This document shows, piece after piece, positions 17,899 through 27,879 of a stretch of 64,000 nucleotides of DNA. Below the pieces are notes generated by a model. It ran no database searches, had not been told where the DNA came from, and saw only the letters and a program-made list of their open reading frames with translations. The stretch is from Opitutaceae bacterium (GTDB lineage Bacteria > Verrucomicrobiota > Verrucomicrobiia > Opitutales > Opitutaceae), in contig JAEUGW010000017.1 in assembly GCA_016795565.1 (NCBI GenBank), positions 12,433-76,432 on the forward strand. Reading direction: 5' to 3'. Positions within the stretch are counted from its first letter, which is position 1. Each line of letters starts with the position of its first letter. Both the position numbers and the translations under genes were made by a program.

Positions 17899-18785
17899 TG
17901 GGTGTTTCCTCATGGCGACATTGGCTGGAAGCGGCGCGGCCTCGGACGCTGCCGGCGGCAGTTATTCCCGTCGCGGTCGGCACCGCACTGGCGGTTGCGC
18001 ACCACGCGGCGCACTACGGGAAGGCCGTCATCTGCCTAGTCTTTGCCATGCTGGTGCAGGTGGGAACGAATTTCGCGAACGACTACTTTGATTTCATCAA
18101 GGGGGCCGACACGCCGGCGCGGGTCGGCCCGCGCCGGGCCGTGGCGGCAGGACTGATTGCGCCGAAAGCCATGGTTGCCGGCGCGGGGCTGGTGCTGGGT
18201 CTGGCCTTCATGACGGGGTTGGTGCTGGTTCGGGAGGGGGACTGGGTGTTGCTGCCAATCGGCATAATCAGCATTCTCTGCGCGCTGGGCTACACCGGCG
18301 GGCCTTACCCCTTGGCTTATCACGGTCTGGGTGACGTGTTTGTCTTTGTCTTTTTCGGCCTGGTGGCGGTTGCCACCACGTTCTATGTGCAAGCCGGCGG
18401 GCTGGCCCCGGATGTTATCTCCGCAGCGGCAGCAGTGGGGCTGCTGACCGCAAATATTCTGGTCGTGAACAACTATCGGGATGCGGACACGGACGCGCGG
18501 GTGGGGAAGCGAACGCTGGTCGTGCGCTTCGGCCGCAGGTTCGCGGTGTGGCAATACGGCCTGTCGCACGGCCTGGCTCTGTTGTGTCCGCCAGCGCTGC
18601 TGTTGGCCGGCTATCGCTGGCCGGTGCTGTTGCCGCTGCTCCTCGCGCCGTGGGCCGCGATCCTGACCAACCGGCTGGCGGTGTCCCGCGAACCGGCCGT
18701 CCAGATCCGGCTGCTCGGTGCGACCGCCGGCTATCTGTCCGTGTTCGGGGTGCTGCTCTGCGCGGGCTTGGTGTTCGGCCGGTAG
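17898..18785 (+). CDS. menA: 1,4-dihydroxy-2-naphthoate polyprenyltransferase
   Basis: UbiA-family motifs NFANDYFDFIKGAD and NNYRDADTDARVGKRTL, with about 8-9 TM segments. Confidence 0.85.
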   Translation: MGVSSWRHWLEAARPRTLPAAVIPVAVGTALAVAHHAAHYGKAVICLVFAMLVQVGTNFANDYFDFIKGADTPARVGPRRAVAAGLIAPKAMVAGAGLVLGLAFMTGLVLVREGDWVLLPIGIISILCALGYTGGPYPLAYHGLGDVFVFVFFGLVAVATTFYVQAGGLAPDVISAAAAVGLLTANILVVNNYRDADTDARVGKRTLVVRFGRRFAVWQYGLSHGLALLCPPALLLAGYRWPVLLPLLLAPWAAILTNRLAVSREPAVQIRLLGATAGYLSVFGVLLCAGLVFGR

Positions 18786-18788
18786 GAA

Positions 18789-18815
18789 ACAAAAACGGCG
18801 CTCACTGAGCGCCGT
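18789..18815 (-). terminator. Rho-independent terminator of trxA (hairpin also lies just after menA)
   Basis: The stem ACGGCGCTC / GAGCGCCGT (18795-18803 / 18807-18815) is followed, on the minus strand, by a T-run (complement of AAAAA at 18791-18795). Confidence 0.7.
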
Positions 18816-18840
18816 GGGGAAAGCCGAACTGGGGTTGGCC

Positions 18841-19164
18841 TCAAATCTTGCCGACGAGCTTCGCCTTGAGCGAGGCCTTGTCCATCATGCCGACAAACTG
18901 TTCGGCGAGCTGGCCGCCCTTGAACAGGAGCATGGTGGGGATGGCGCGGACGCCATATTTCGCGGCGAGGTCGCCATTGTCGTCAACGTTGACCTTGGCG
19001 ATCTTCAACTTGCCATCCAGTTCGGTGGCGAGCTCGTCGAGAATGGGGGCGATGGCCTTGCAGGGGCCGCACCACGGGGCCCAAAAATCCACGAGGACGG
19101 GAGTGGCACCGGCGATGCCGGCGGCGAAGTTGGCGGTGTCGAGTTGGGCGATTTTTTCTGACAT
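18841..19164 (-). CDS. trxA: Thioredoxin
   Basis: 107 aa with the VDFWAPWCGPCK active site. Confidence 0.95.
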   Translation of the reverse strand: MSEKIAQLDTANFAAGIAGATPVLVDFWAPWCGPCKAIAPILDELATELDGKLKIAKVNVDDNGDLAAKYGVRAIPTMLLFKGGQLAEQFVGMMDKASLKAKLVGKI

Positions 19165-19208
19165 GGTGGGGAGTAAAGTTGTCGGTCGGGAAAAGGCAAG
19201 TCGGCTGC

Positions 19209-19463
19209 TCAGCGCGGCGTGGAGCGATTGATGATCTCGGCGAGTTCCTGCGGTTCCACGGCCTGGAGGGCCTTGCCGCGGCTCTTGAGTTCCTCGAAGG
19301 TCTTGATGACGGTCTCGGTCATCCGGGTGTGGGTCTCGTCGGAGCCGCCGACGATGGTGAACTGCTCGGCGGAGGTGAGGCGCTTGTGGCCGTCGGAGTT
19401 GTCGAGGCCGAGGCCCAGCAGGTGGGCGGACTTAGCTTTGCGGCGGCGGGGAGACTTCTTCAT
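19209..19463 (-). CDS. Small hypothetical protein with a basic N-terminus
   Basis: 84 aa from MKKSPRRRKAK. Its start overlaps the scpA 3' end by about 32 nt. I recognise no motif. Confidence 0.4.
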   Translation of the reverse strand: MKKSPRRRKAKSAHLLGLGLDNSDGHKRLTSAEQFTIVGGSDETHTRMTETVIKTFEELKSRGKALQAVEPQELAEIINRSTPR

Positions 19464-20241
19464 CGGAAACGGGCACCGTGTTCGGCACGGCGGGAGTTTC
19501 AAGCGGGATTTCCTCCACCGCGGTGCAGAGGATGTCGGTGAAGGCCTCGGTCTGCTGCAGTTGCAGCTTCTTGAGGCGGGTCAGCTCCAGCACGGCGAGA
19601 AAAGTGGCGACCAGCCGGCGCAGGGAAATCTTTTCGGGGAAGAGGGCGGAGAAGACAAAGACCTTCCGCGTCTGCAGCTGGCCGAGCACATATTCCATCT
19701 GGTCGGCGACCGTGACCTGCTCGGCGTGGATCTCACCCACGACCAGCTTCTCGGCGAGGCGACGCAGGACGAGGTTGAACGAGTTCCACAGGTCAATCCG
19801 GTCCACGTGTTTCAGCGGCCGCTCCGAGGCGGGGGCAAAGGCGGAGGCGGAGCGGCCGTGCTGGTTCTGGGCATCCAGCGACATCTGGCCCAGCTGGCCG
19901 GCGGCTTCCTTGAATTTCTTGTATTGGAGCAGTTGGTGCACGAGCTCCCAGCGGGGATCGAGATCGTCCTCCTCGGCGTTGGGGTCGATCGCCTGCTGGT
20001 GCTTGGGGAGCAGCAGGCGGCTTTTGATCTCCATCAGCGTGGCGGCCATGACGAAGAACTCGCCGGCGACCTCGATCTGGAGCTCCTTCATCGCGTAGAT
20101 GGCGTCCAGATACTGTTTGGTCACCGTGGAGATGGGAATGTCGTAGATATCCAGCTCGTTCTTCCGGAGAAGGAAGAGGAGCAGGTCCAGCGGCCCCTCA
20201 AAGACGGGCAGTTTGATGCGATAGTCAGCTTCGGCAACCAC
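19432..20241 (-). CDS. scpA: Segregation and condensation protein A
   Basis: FEGPLDLLLFLLRKNELDIYDIPI and the EFFVMAATLMEIKSRLLLP signature. GTG start. Confidence 0.9.
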   Translation of the reverse strand: MVAEADYRIKLPVFEGPLDLLLFLLRKNELDIYDIPISTVTKQYLDAIYAMKELQIEVAGEFFVMAATLMEIKSRLLLPKHQQAIDPNAEEDDLDPRWELVHQLLQYKKFKEAAGQLGQMSLDAQNQHGRSASAFAPASERPLKHVDRIDLWNSFNLVLRRLAEKLVVGEIHAEQVTVADQMEYVLGQLQTRKVFVFSALFPEKISLRRLVATFLAVLELTRLKKLQLQQTEAFTDILCTAVEEIPLETPAVPNTVPVSDEEVSPPPQS

Positions 20242-20304
20242 GGGGGCAGTCGAGGGATGGGCGGGACGGCGTGCAACCGGAAAAATCCGCTCCGGACATG
20301 CCGG

Positions 20305-21657
20305 CTAGGCTTGCCGGGCGGAACGGCGCAGGAGAGCCACGTAGAATCCGTCGGTGTTCAAGGTGCCGGGGAGGAGCAAGGTGCCGAGACCATCAAAGAC
20401 GCCGCCGTGGCTTTGCGGAGGGGGCTCGGCGGCAAACCTGGGGTGCGCCCGCAGGAAGGCGGCGGTGACGTCGTGGTTCTCGTGATGGCTGAGTGAGCAG
20501 GTGGCGTAGATGAGCAGGCCGCCGGGTTTCACCCGTGCGGCGTTGGCCGCAAGGATGTCCCGCTGGGTCTGCGCGAAGGCGGCGATGGTCTCGGGCTTCA
20601 CATACCACTTGAGGTGGGGCTGGCGGCGCCAGGTGCCGGAACCGGAGCAGGGCGCGTCCACCAGGATGCCGTCGTATTGGCCGGTGGGCTGCGCCACGAT
20701 CGTGATGTTGTCGAGGCGGGCGCGTTTGGCGCGGTCGGCCAGTTCGTCCAGGATATCCAGGCGAATGTCGGTGGCGTCCACGTGGCCGCCGGCACCGAGC
20801 AGGCGCGCGAGTTGGAGCGTCTTGCCACCGGCCCCAGCGCAGGCGTCGAGCCAGCGGCCAGTCGGCGGCTGCGGGGCGTGGGCCAGCACGAGTTGGGAGC
20901 CGAGGTCCTGGATCTCGACGAAGCCGCGGCGGTAGGCGTCGGAAGTGGCGACGTCTGCGTTGGGCGGCAGGCAAAGGGCGTCGGGCAATCCGGCGGGTGA
21001 CTCGATGGGCCAGCCCTGCGCGCTGAATTCATCCAGCACCAGATTGCGGTCCAGGCACTGGAGGCGGACCCAGAGGTTGGCGCGGGTGTTGAGAGCGTCG
21101 AGGTGGGGCGGGGTGAAGGCGGCGGGGCAATGCTCGCGAAACCAAGAGGGCAACAAAGCCGGCGGATCGAAAAGGTGGAACCCGGCCTCTGGACGGGTTG
21201 GGTTGGCTGCCGGCGATCCTGAGAGCGTGCGCGGAGCGCCCGCTCCACCCAAGAGTTGAGCCAAGAGGGCGGATTTTTCGGCGAGGGTTGCGGGCACGGC
21301 GGGCCAGTCGGAACAGTGGGCGGCGCGGTAGGCTGAAGTCGGCTTCAACTCGGGGGCCAGCCACGCCGTGAGCTTGGCGGCGGTGGCGGGGTCGGTATCC
21401 AGCAGCGGGTCAATCCACGGGTGGTAGCGGAGCCAGGTGTAAACGAGCTCCCGGTAGAGCTTGCGGTCGCGGGAGCCGATGGCGCGATGGCGGGCCATGA
21501 GTTCCTTGATGCGGTGGGGCAGGGAGCTGTCGCGGCCGACATGGGGACGCAACTGCGCGACGAATTGCAGGAACAGGCGCTGCTGGTTGGCGGCGATGTG
21601 AGGATGCACAGGAGCGAGGGGCGGGAAGTGAGGGGCGGGAACGGGACGGAGCGGCAT
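20305..21657 (-). CDS. RsmB/NOP2-family SAM-dependent RNA cytosine-C5 methyltransferase
   Basis: Motifs LDACAGAGGKT, ILVDAPCSGSGTWRR and LIYATCS. Confidence 0.8.
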   Translation of the reverse strand: MPLRPVPAPHFPPLAPVHPHIAANQQRLFLQFVAQLRPHVGRDSSLPHRIKELMARHRAIGSRDRKLYRELVYTWLRYHPWIDPLLDTDPATAAKLTAWLAPELKPTSAYRAAHCSDWPAVPATLAEKSALLAQLLGGAGAPRTLSGSPAANPTRPEAGFHLFDPPALLPSWFREHCPAAFTPPHLDALNTRANLWVRLQCLDRNLVLDEFSAQGWPIESPAGLPDALCLPPNADVATSDAYRRGFVEIQDLGSQLVLAHAPQPPTGRWLDACAGAGGKTLQLARLLGAGGHVDATDIRLDILDELADRAKRARLDNITIVAQPTGQYDGILVDAPCSGSGTWRRQPHLKWYVKPETIAAFAQTQRDILAANAARVKPGGLLIYATCSLSHHENHDVTAAFLRAHPRFAAEPPPQSHGGVFDGLGTLLLPGTLNTDGFYVALLRRSARQA

Positions 21658-21698
21658 CAGGATTCCCGCTGCCGCATTCTCGCTCCCCGCTGCTTTGG

Positions 21699-23780
21699 TC
21701 AGAATTTCAGCAGCTCGACTTCGAGATTGATGGCGAAGGAGCTTTCGCGACGCGGCCCGTTGAACCAGGAGACCTCATACTTCACGGCCCAAGTCTGGCC
21801 CAAACGCTGCCAGACGCCATAGCTCTGCTCGTTGAACCGATGGTTGCGGGCGTCGTAGCGCCAGAGGGCGGTGACGTCATAGACCTCGTTGAGACGCTGG
21901 CGATACTCGACGAAATATTCCTCGTAATTGGCGCGGAGGTAGTGGGTGGCGAGGCGGACGGACCACCATTCCTGGTCGTGGATTTCCAACGCGGTGTTCA
22001 GCTCCTGCTGCCGGGGCGCGTGTGGGTCAACCCGGTGAAACACTTCCCAGCGCAGCCAGGGGGCCGGGGTGAGGGCAAGCTCGGTATAAAGATCCGAGAG
22101 CGGCCGCTGGCCGGGATGGTCGAACCGGTAGTCGGCGGCGAAGTTGAGCGAGGCGAGGTTGCGTGAGCCGTAGGACGGGTCGCGCGTCTGCAACGTGTTG
22201 TTCAGGGAAACGCGCAGGGTGTTCAACGGACCGAGGTCGTCGAGGAAGCGCGCGTCTCCGATGGAAAGCGGCGCGAGGTAGGTGGAGAAGGCCCGGCGAT
22301 CAACGGCCGGGATGTAGGCGCGGCCCCGCTCGGCCTCCGGGGCGTAGCGATACGAAAGCTTCGGTTCAACGAGGTGGCGGAGCCCGTCTATCTCCCAGAC
22401 GGCGTTCTTGTAGTCAAAAGTGCCGCTGGCGAGCAACCGGGCGTCGAAGCCCACCTCGCCGAGAGTGCGGGTGTAGTCGTCTTTTCCGGCGAGCGCCCGG
22501 GTGTAATGGGTCACGCGGCCTCCGGCGACGGGGGTGAAGGTGAGCCATGGGGTTGGAGCGATGGGGCGGGACAGCCCGTAGTAGGCGTCAAGGCGCCGGG
22601 TGCGGACTTCGGGGTCGGGGCCGAAGGCGTCGGATTGCAGGATGGCGGCGCTGAGGCTGGCGCGCTCGGAAAGGCCGCCGGGAAGGGCGAGCGGCATCAG
22701 GTCGAAGCGGAGTTCCGGCAGTCGTTCCTGGACGCGGTGGTATTGATTGGGGTGGACGCGGCCGAAGGCGCTGAGCGCCCAGTTGTTGGCGGTGTAGGCG
22801 GCCTCCATGAAGGAGTCGGGCTGCTGCCGGCGGTCGAAATCCTTGTGGCGGAAGTCGCGCAGCACCTCGGAATCGCTCCAATAGTTGAACTCGCCGTCGA
22901 GAGTGAAGTGTTCGCCGGCACGCTGGCGATGCTGCCACGCGAAGTAGGAACGGTCGCGCGGGACGGGCCGGCCGAGGATATCGGACTTCCGGTCGCCATG
23001 GTCGCTGATGTAGCCCGAGTGGAAGAACCCCCGAACCGAGCCGGTGCCGGAACTGCGTTCGTAGCTGCCGGAAGGTCCGACCATGACGCCGCGTGCGGTG
23101 TAGAGGCCGAGATCGGCCCCGAGTTGGACGCCCTCGGCGAGCGGCACGTGGAGGCCCAATTCGGCGAAGGCTCCCAGGTTGCCGCGGTAACCCAGGTGGG
23201 CGCTGATGTAGGAGACGAAATCCACGTCGAGGGCCTGCTCGAAGCGGGGAAACGAGAGAAAATGCCCGCCGCGCAGGCCCAGGCTCAGGCCCTCGGCGCG
23301 GACGATCCGGCCGCGGGCATAGGTGAGCTTGCTGGCCTTGAGGGAAGGCGTGTAGCTGGCGTTCTCGCGGAAGAAGACGCTGGCGTTGGTGAACACGAGT
23401 TCATCGAGCGTGCCGGTGACGGTGTCGCCCGAGACGTAAACGGGGAATTCGCCGATCCGGAGGTTGCTGACGTTGATCTCACGGGTGGAGAGATTGTAGG
23501 TGCCGGAGTCGGCCACGAGCCGGCGGCGGCCGGAAGTGAGCACGAAGTGGCCGGTGGCCGTGGCGGCGCCGGTGGCGGAGTTATAGCGGATCTCATCGGC
23601 GCGCAGGACAGTGTCGCCATTGACCAATTGGGCGTTGCCGGTGAGCACCGTCTCCTTCGTGACGTCGTCGTAGACCGTCCTGTCCGCGGTAACCCTCAGC
23701 TGGGCCGGCTGGGCAGGTGCAAGCCCGGGAAAGAGGCACAGCGTGCCGAACAAAACGATGAGGTGGCTGACCCGAAACAT
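21699..23780 (-). CDS. lptD: LPS-assembly outer-membrane protein LptD-like
   Basis: Signal peptide. The OstA-like N-terminal domain contains YDDVTKETVLTGNAQL..GDTVLRADEIRYN. A large aromatic-rich beta-barrel region ends in ...EVELLKF. Confidence 0.7.
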   Translation of the reverse strand: MFRVSHLIVLFGTLCLFPGLAPAQPAQLRVTADRTVYDDVTKETVLTGNAQLVNGDTVLRADEIRYNSATGAATATGHFVLTSGRRRLVADSGTYNLSTREINVSNLRIGEFPVYVSGDTVTGTLDELVFTNASVFFRENASYTPSLKASKLTYARGRIVRAEGLSLGLRGGHFLSFPRFEQALDVDFVSYISAHLGYRGNLGAFAELGLHVPLAEGVQLGADLGLYTARGVMVGPSGSYERSSGTGSVRGFFHSGYISDHGDRKSDILGRPVPRDRSYFAWQHRQRAGEHFTLDGEFNYWSDSEVLRDFRHKDFDRRQQPDSFMEAAYTANNWALSAFGRVHPNQYHRVQERLPELRFDLMPLALPGGLSERASLSAAILQSDAFGPDPEVRTRRLDAYYGLSRPIAPTPWLTFTPVAGGRVTHYTRALAGKDDYTRTLGEVGFDARLLASGTFDYKNAVWEIDGLRHLVEPKLSYRYAPEAERGRAYIPAVDRRAFSTYLAPLSIGDARFLDDLGPLNTLRVSLNNTLQTRDPSYGSRNLASLNFAADYRFDHPGQRPLSDLYTELALTPAPWLRWEVFHRVDPHAPRQQELNTALEIHDQEWWSVRLATHYLRANYEEYFVEYRQRLNEVYDVTALWRYDARNHRFNEQSYGVWQRLGQTWAVKYEVSWFNGPRRESSFAINLEVELLKF

Positions 23781-23838
23781 GCTGACTGGAGTGGCGGGCG
23801 GCAAGGGTCAGGGCAATGAGATTTCCCGGTGACTTCCG

Positions 23839-26160
23839 GTGGTGGCGATAAGTTCCCGGTGGCGCGAGTGGTTCGGAGGCGCGCGAGCGATCACCGCTTT
23901 CGGGCTAGACGCTGAAACCCAGTCCGGCAAAGTGCTTGCACCCGCCGTGATCATACCTGCCAAAGAACTGCACGCGTTTTTGGAGAATCATCAGGCCAAT
24001 CCGCATGGCTGGCTGGGCATGCATCCGCTGACGCACGAAGGGGTGGCCGGCGTGGTGGTGCGGGCGTTCGTGCGCGCGGCGGTCAAATGCGCGGTGGTCG
24101 AGCTCGACGGGCCCGGGGCGCCGGCGCACCCGATGACGATGATCGCGCCCGAGGGATTCTTCGAGCTGTTCATCCCGGGCAAAAAGGTCTTCCGCTACCA
24201 GCTGCGTTACGAGGTCTCGTGGGGCGACATTCATCAGGTGCACAACGCCTACTCCTTCCTCCCGTCGCTCTCGGAGCAGGACCTCTACCTTTTCAATGAG
24301 GGCAACGAGCACCGGATATATGAGAAACTGGGCGCCCACCAGCGGTTGATGGGGGAGGTGCCCGGGGTCGCCTTTGCGGTGTGGGCGCCCACGGCATCAC
24401 GCGTGTCGCTGGTGGGCAATTTCAACGGGTGGGACCCGCGCTATCATCCGATGCGGCCGCTGGGGGCGTCCGGCGTGTGGGAGTTGTTCGTGCCCGGCGT
24501 GGGGCCGGGTGAGCTCTACAAGTTTGCGATCTGGGACCGCGCGGGACAAATGCGGATGAAGACGGATCCCTACGGCACGTATTTCGAGGCGCCGCCGACC
24601 AATGCCGCGATTGTCCATGACACCACCCGCCACCGGTGGAGTGACTCCGACTGGATCAGCCGCCGCGCCGCCCACGCCGGCAACCTGGACCGGCCGCTGT
24701 CGATCTACGAGGTTCACCTTGGCTCGTGGAAACGGAACCTGGCCGAGGCCAACCGCCCGTTCACCTACCGCGAGTTGGCCCCACTGCTGGCCGACTACGT
24801 GACGGAGATGGGGTTCACCCACATCGAGGTGCTGCCGGTGAGTGAGTTTCCGTTCACCGGTTCGTGGGGATACCAGGTGACGGGCTACTTCGCTCCGACG
24901 CACCGCTGGGGCACGCCCGAGGACTTCCAGTTCATGGTGGATCACCTGCATCAGCGGGGCATCGGCATCATCGTGGACTGGGTGCCGGCCCATTTCCCGC
25001 GCGACAGCTTCGCCTTGGCCCAGTTTGACGGCACCCACCTCTACGAGCATGCCGATCCCCGGCAGGGCGCGCACATGGACTGGGGCACGCTGATTTTCAA
25101 CTACGGGCGTCCCGAGGTGCGCTGCTTCCTCATCGCCAGCGCGCTGTCGTGGTTCGAACGCTACCACATCGACGGCCTGCGGGTGGATGCGGTCGCTTCC
25201 ATGCTCTACCTCGACTACTCCCGCAAGGCCGGGGAGTGGATCCCCAACCGGCACGGCGGACGCGAGAACCTCGAGGCGATTGCCTTTCTGCGCCAGGTAA
25301 ACGACCTCGTGCACGACTACTATCCGGGTGCGCTGATGATCGCGGAGGAGTCCACGGCGTTTCCGCTGGTGAGCCGGCCGACCAAGGACGGGGGCCTCGG
25401 CTTCGACTACAAATGGAACATGGGCCTGATGCACGACACCCTGGCCTATTTCCAGAAGGACGCGCTGCACCGCAAATGGGCGCATGACAAGCTGACCTTC
25501 GGGATGATCTACCAGTATTCGGAGAACTTTGTGTCCGCCTACTCGCACGACGAGGTCGTGCACCTGAAGGCCTCCATGCTGGGCAAGATGGCGGCGAGCA
25601 GCATCGCGGACAAGGCGGCCAACCTGCGCTCGCTCTACGGCTACATCTGGATGTATCCGGGCAAGAAGCTGCTCTTCATGGGCGGCGAGTTTGGCCAGCG
25701 CACCGAATGGAACCACGACGGCAGCCTCGACTGGCCGCGCCTGCAGGAACCGGAGCATGAGGGCCTGCGTCTGCTGGTGCGCGACTTGAACAAGCTATAC
25801 GCCGGGGATCCGATCCTGAGCGCCAACGATTTCCGGCCGGAGGCGTTCCGCTGGGTCAATTGCCACGATGGCGACCACAGCGTGCTCAGCTTCGTGCGCC
25901 TGGATGAAGCGGAGAAAGCCGCCTATCTGGTGGTGGGCAACTTCACTCCCGTCACGCGCACCCGCTATGTGGTGGGTGTTCCCTATCGCGGCCATTGGAA
26001 GGAGATACTGAACACGAATTCGGCCTATTATGGCGGCGCGGGATTCGGCAACCATGGCGGCAGGCAGGCGACCACGGCGCAGGCGGACGGTTATGAGCAG
26101 TCGGTGAGCCTGACACTTCCCGGGTTGACCACCCTGATATTCCGCTGGCAGGCGAAGTGA
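23839..26160 (+). CDS. glgB: 1,4-alpha-glucan branching enzyme
   Basis: GH13 motifs GIGIIVDWVPAHF, GLRVDAVASMLY, MIAEEST and YSHDEV. The GTG start is uncertain. Confidence 0.93.
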   Translation: MVAISSRWREWFGGARAITAFGLDAETQSGKVLAPAVIIPAKELHAFLENHQANPHGWLGMHPLTHEGVAGVVVRAFVRAAVKCAVVELDGPGAPAHPMTMIAPEGFFELFIPGKKVFRYQLRYEVSWGDIHQVHNAYSFLPSLSEQDLYLFNEGNEHRIYEKLGAHQRLMGEVPGVAFAVWAPTASRVSLVGNFNGWDPRYHPMRPLGASGVWELFVPGVGPGELYKFAIWDRAGQMRMKTDPYGTYFEAPPTNAAIVHDTTRHRWSDSDWISRRAAHAGNLDRPLSIYEVHLGSWKRNLAEANRPFTYRELAPLLADYVTEMGFTHIEVLPVSEFPFTGSWGYQVTGYFAPTHRWGTPEDFQFMVDHLHQRGIGIIVDWVPAHFPRDSFALAQFDGTHLYEHADPRQGAHMDWGTLIFNYGRPEVRCFLIASALSWFERYHIDGLRVDAVASMLYLDYSRKAGEWIPNRHGGRENLEAIAFLRQVNDLVHDYYPGALMIAEESTAFPLVSRPTKDGGLGFDYKWNMGLMHDTLAYFQKDALHRKWAHDKLTFGMIYQYSENFVSAYSHDEVVHLKASMLGKMAASSIADKAANLRSLYGYIWMYPGKKLLFMGGEFGQRTEWNHDGSLDWPRLQEPEHEGLRLLVRDLNKLYAGDPILSANDFRPEAFRWVNCHDGDHSVLSFVRLDEAEKAAYLVVGNFTPVTRTRYVVGVPYRGHWKEILNTNSAYYGGAGFGNHGGRQATTAQADGYEQSVSLTLPGLTTLIFRWQAK

Positions 26161-26229
26161 GGCAGGGCCGCATCACGCACCCATGCCGTGCCGAGGCGGC
26201 GGGAAGCCAATGCAACCCACCGAGCCCTC

Positions 26230-27879
26230 TTACTTGCCGTCCTTTCGGGTGAGGAGATAGGTCGGCATGGGCGAGGAGTTCTTGATCTCGATGACGCCGA
26301 CAGGCGTGAACTCGTATTTGCCCGCGAGGAGCTTGCGGGTCGCCTCCGAGACCTGAATCTTGCCCGGCTGCCCATGTGATTCCATGCGGCTGGCGATGTT
26401 CACCGTGTCGCCCCAGAGGTCGTAGGAGAATTTCTTGGTGCCGATAATGCCGGCGACCACGGGGCCGCTGTTCATGCCGATGCGGATGGCCCAATCAAGC
26501 GAGTGCCGCCGATTGAAGACCTTCACCGCCTCCAGGAACTCGAAGGCGGCCTCGGTGCAGGCCTCGGCGTGGTCGGGGCGGTTGACGGGCACGCCGCCGG
26601 CCAGCATGTAGGCATCGCCGATGGTCTTGACCTTTTCGAGTTCGCGCTGCTCGGCGATGCGGTCGAAGCCGGAGAAAAGCTCGTTGAGCAGCTGCACCGT
26701 GCGATGGGGCGACTGCCGGGAGGCAATGCGGGTGAAGCCGACGATGTCGGCAAAGAGGACGGTGGAGTCGATGAAGCTGTCCACGATCGTGCGCTGGCCG
26801 GCCTTGAGGCGCTCCGCAATGGCCTTGGGCAGCACATTGAGGAGCAGGCGCTCGGACTTGGAGCGCTCGATTTGCAGTTGCGCGAGGAAAGCCTGTTCCT
26901 GGTCGCGCAGCCGCTTCTTTTCGAGCGAGGCGGAGATGCGGGCGCGAAGCACGGTCGGATTGAAGGGCTTCGGCACGTAGTCCTCGGCGCCGGCCTCGAT
27001 GCAGCGCACCGTGCTGGCGACATCGTCAAGGGCGGTCAGCATGATGACGGGCACGTGCCGGAGGCGGGGATCGGCCTTCATGAACTCGAGGGTCTGGAAG
27101 CCGTCGAGGTCGGGCATGAGGATGTCGAGGAGGACGAGATCGAAGTTGCCGTCTTTCAGCTTTTGCAGGGCCTCGCGGCCATTGGCGGCGTCCGTGACTT
27201 CATAGCCCAGCTTGTCGAGGCGACGCGCCAGCATGTCGCGATTCATGGGGTCGTCGTCGACCGCGAGCAGCTTGGCGCTGGGCATGGGCTGCGCGGACAT
27301 GCCAAAATCCGCTGCGGTCAGCGGACGCGAACCGACCGAGTCGAGCAGGCCGGTGTCGGACATGCCCCCAGCTTGCCTGGCTCCCGTGGGGCTGATGATC
27401 AGCTCCTCGGCGTAGCCTTCGCCTTGGAAGAGTTTCTCCAGATTCTGGGCCGCCGAGAGGATTTTCCCCAGGTCATTCACGAGTTCGCCGTGGCCGCTGG
27501 CTTGGGATTTTTCGACGCAGAGTCCGGTTTGGGTCAGGATGGCCGCCAGCGGGTCGTGCATGGCGAGGCGCATGCCGGGAAAGTCAATTTTGCCGCTGTC
27601 GATCCGCCACGGGGCCAGGGCGTCATTGATGAGGGCCAGCAACTGCCCGCCGCAGGAGTGAATGCGCTTGAGATCGGGGAGGATGGACTCGGCGTTGTTC
27701 TCCGCCGCCGATTCCATGAGCATCTCGCTGTAGCCGATGATCTGATTCAGCGGGGTGCGCAGCGCGTGCCGCAGCTTCGAGAGGGTCTCCAGGTCGCCGG
27801 TCTTGAGGGCCTTGATGATGGGGGTGAGCGACGAGGGGGACGCGCCGGACGCCGGAGAACTGGAACCGGGATCGCTCAT
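26230..27879 (-). CDS. Kinase-less HisKA(DHp)-receiver-class III adenylate cyclase fusion
   Basis: The H-box-like LRHALRTPLNQIIGYSEML has no downstream HATPase N/G boxes. The REC domain contains LLAVDDDP...LVLLDILMPDLDG...KP. The cyclase domain contains VLFADIVGFT, KTIGDAYM and YDLWGDTVNIASRMES. The Lys and Asp specificity positions suggest ATP as substrate. Confidence 0.85.
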   Translation of the reverse strand: MSDPGSSSPASGASPSSLTPIIKALKTGDLETLSKLRHALRTPLNQIIGYSEMLMESAAENNAESILPDLKRIHSCGGQLLALINDALAPWRIDSGKIDFPGMRLAMHDPLAAILTQTGLCVEKSQASGHGELVNDLGKILSAAQNLEKLFQGEGYAEELIISPTGARQAGGMSDTGLLDSVGSRPLTAADFGMSAQPMPSAKLLAVDDDPMNRDMLARRLDKLGYEVTDAANGREALQKLKDGNFDLVLLDILMPDLDGFQTLEFMKADPRLRHVPVIMLTALDDVASTVRCIEAGAEDYVPKPFNPTVLRARISASLEKKRLRDQEQAFLAQLQIERSKSERLLLNVLPKAIAERLKAGQRTIVDSFIDSTVLFADIVGFTRIASRQSPHRTVQLLNELFSGFDRIAEQRELEKVKTIGDAYMLAGGVPVNRPDHAEACTEAAFEFLEAVKVFNRRHSLDWAIRIGMNSGPVVAGIIGTKKFSYDLWGDTVNIASRMESHGQPGKIQVSEATRKLLAGKYEFTPVGVIEIKNSSPMPTYLLTRKDGK

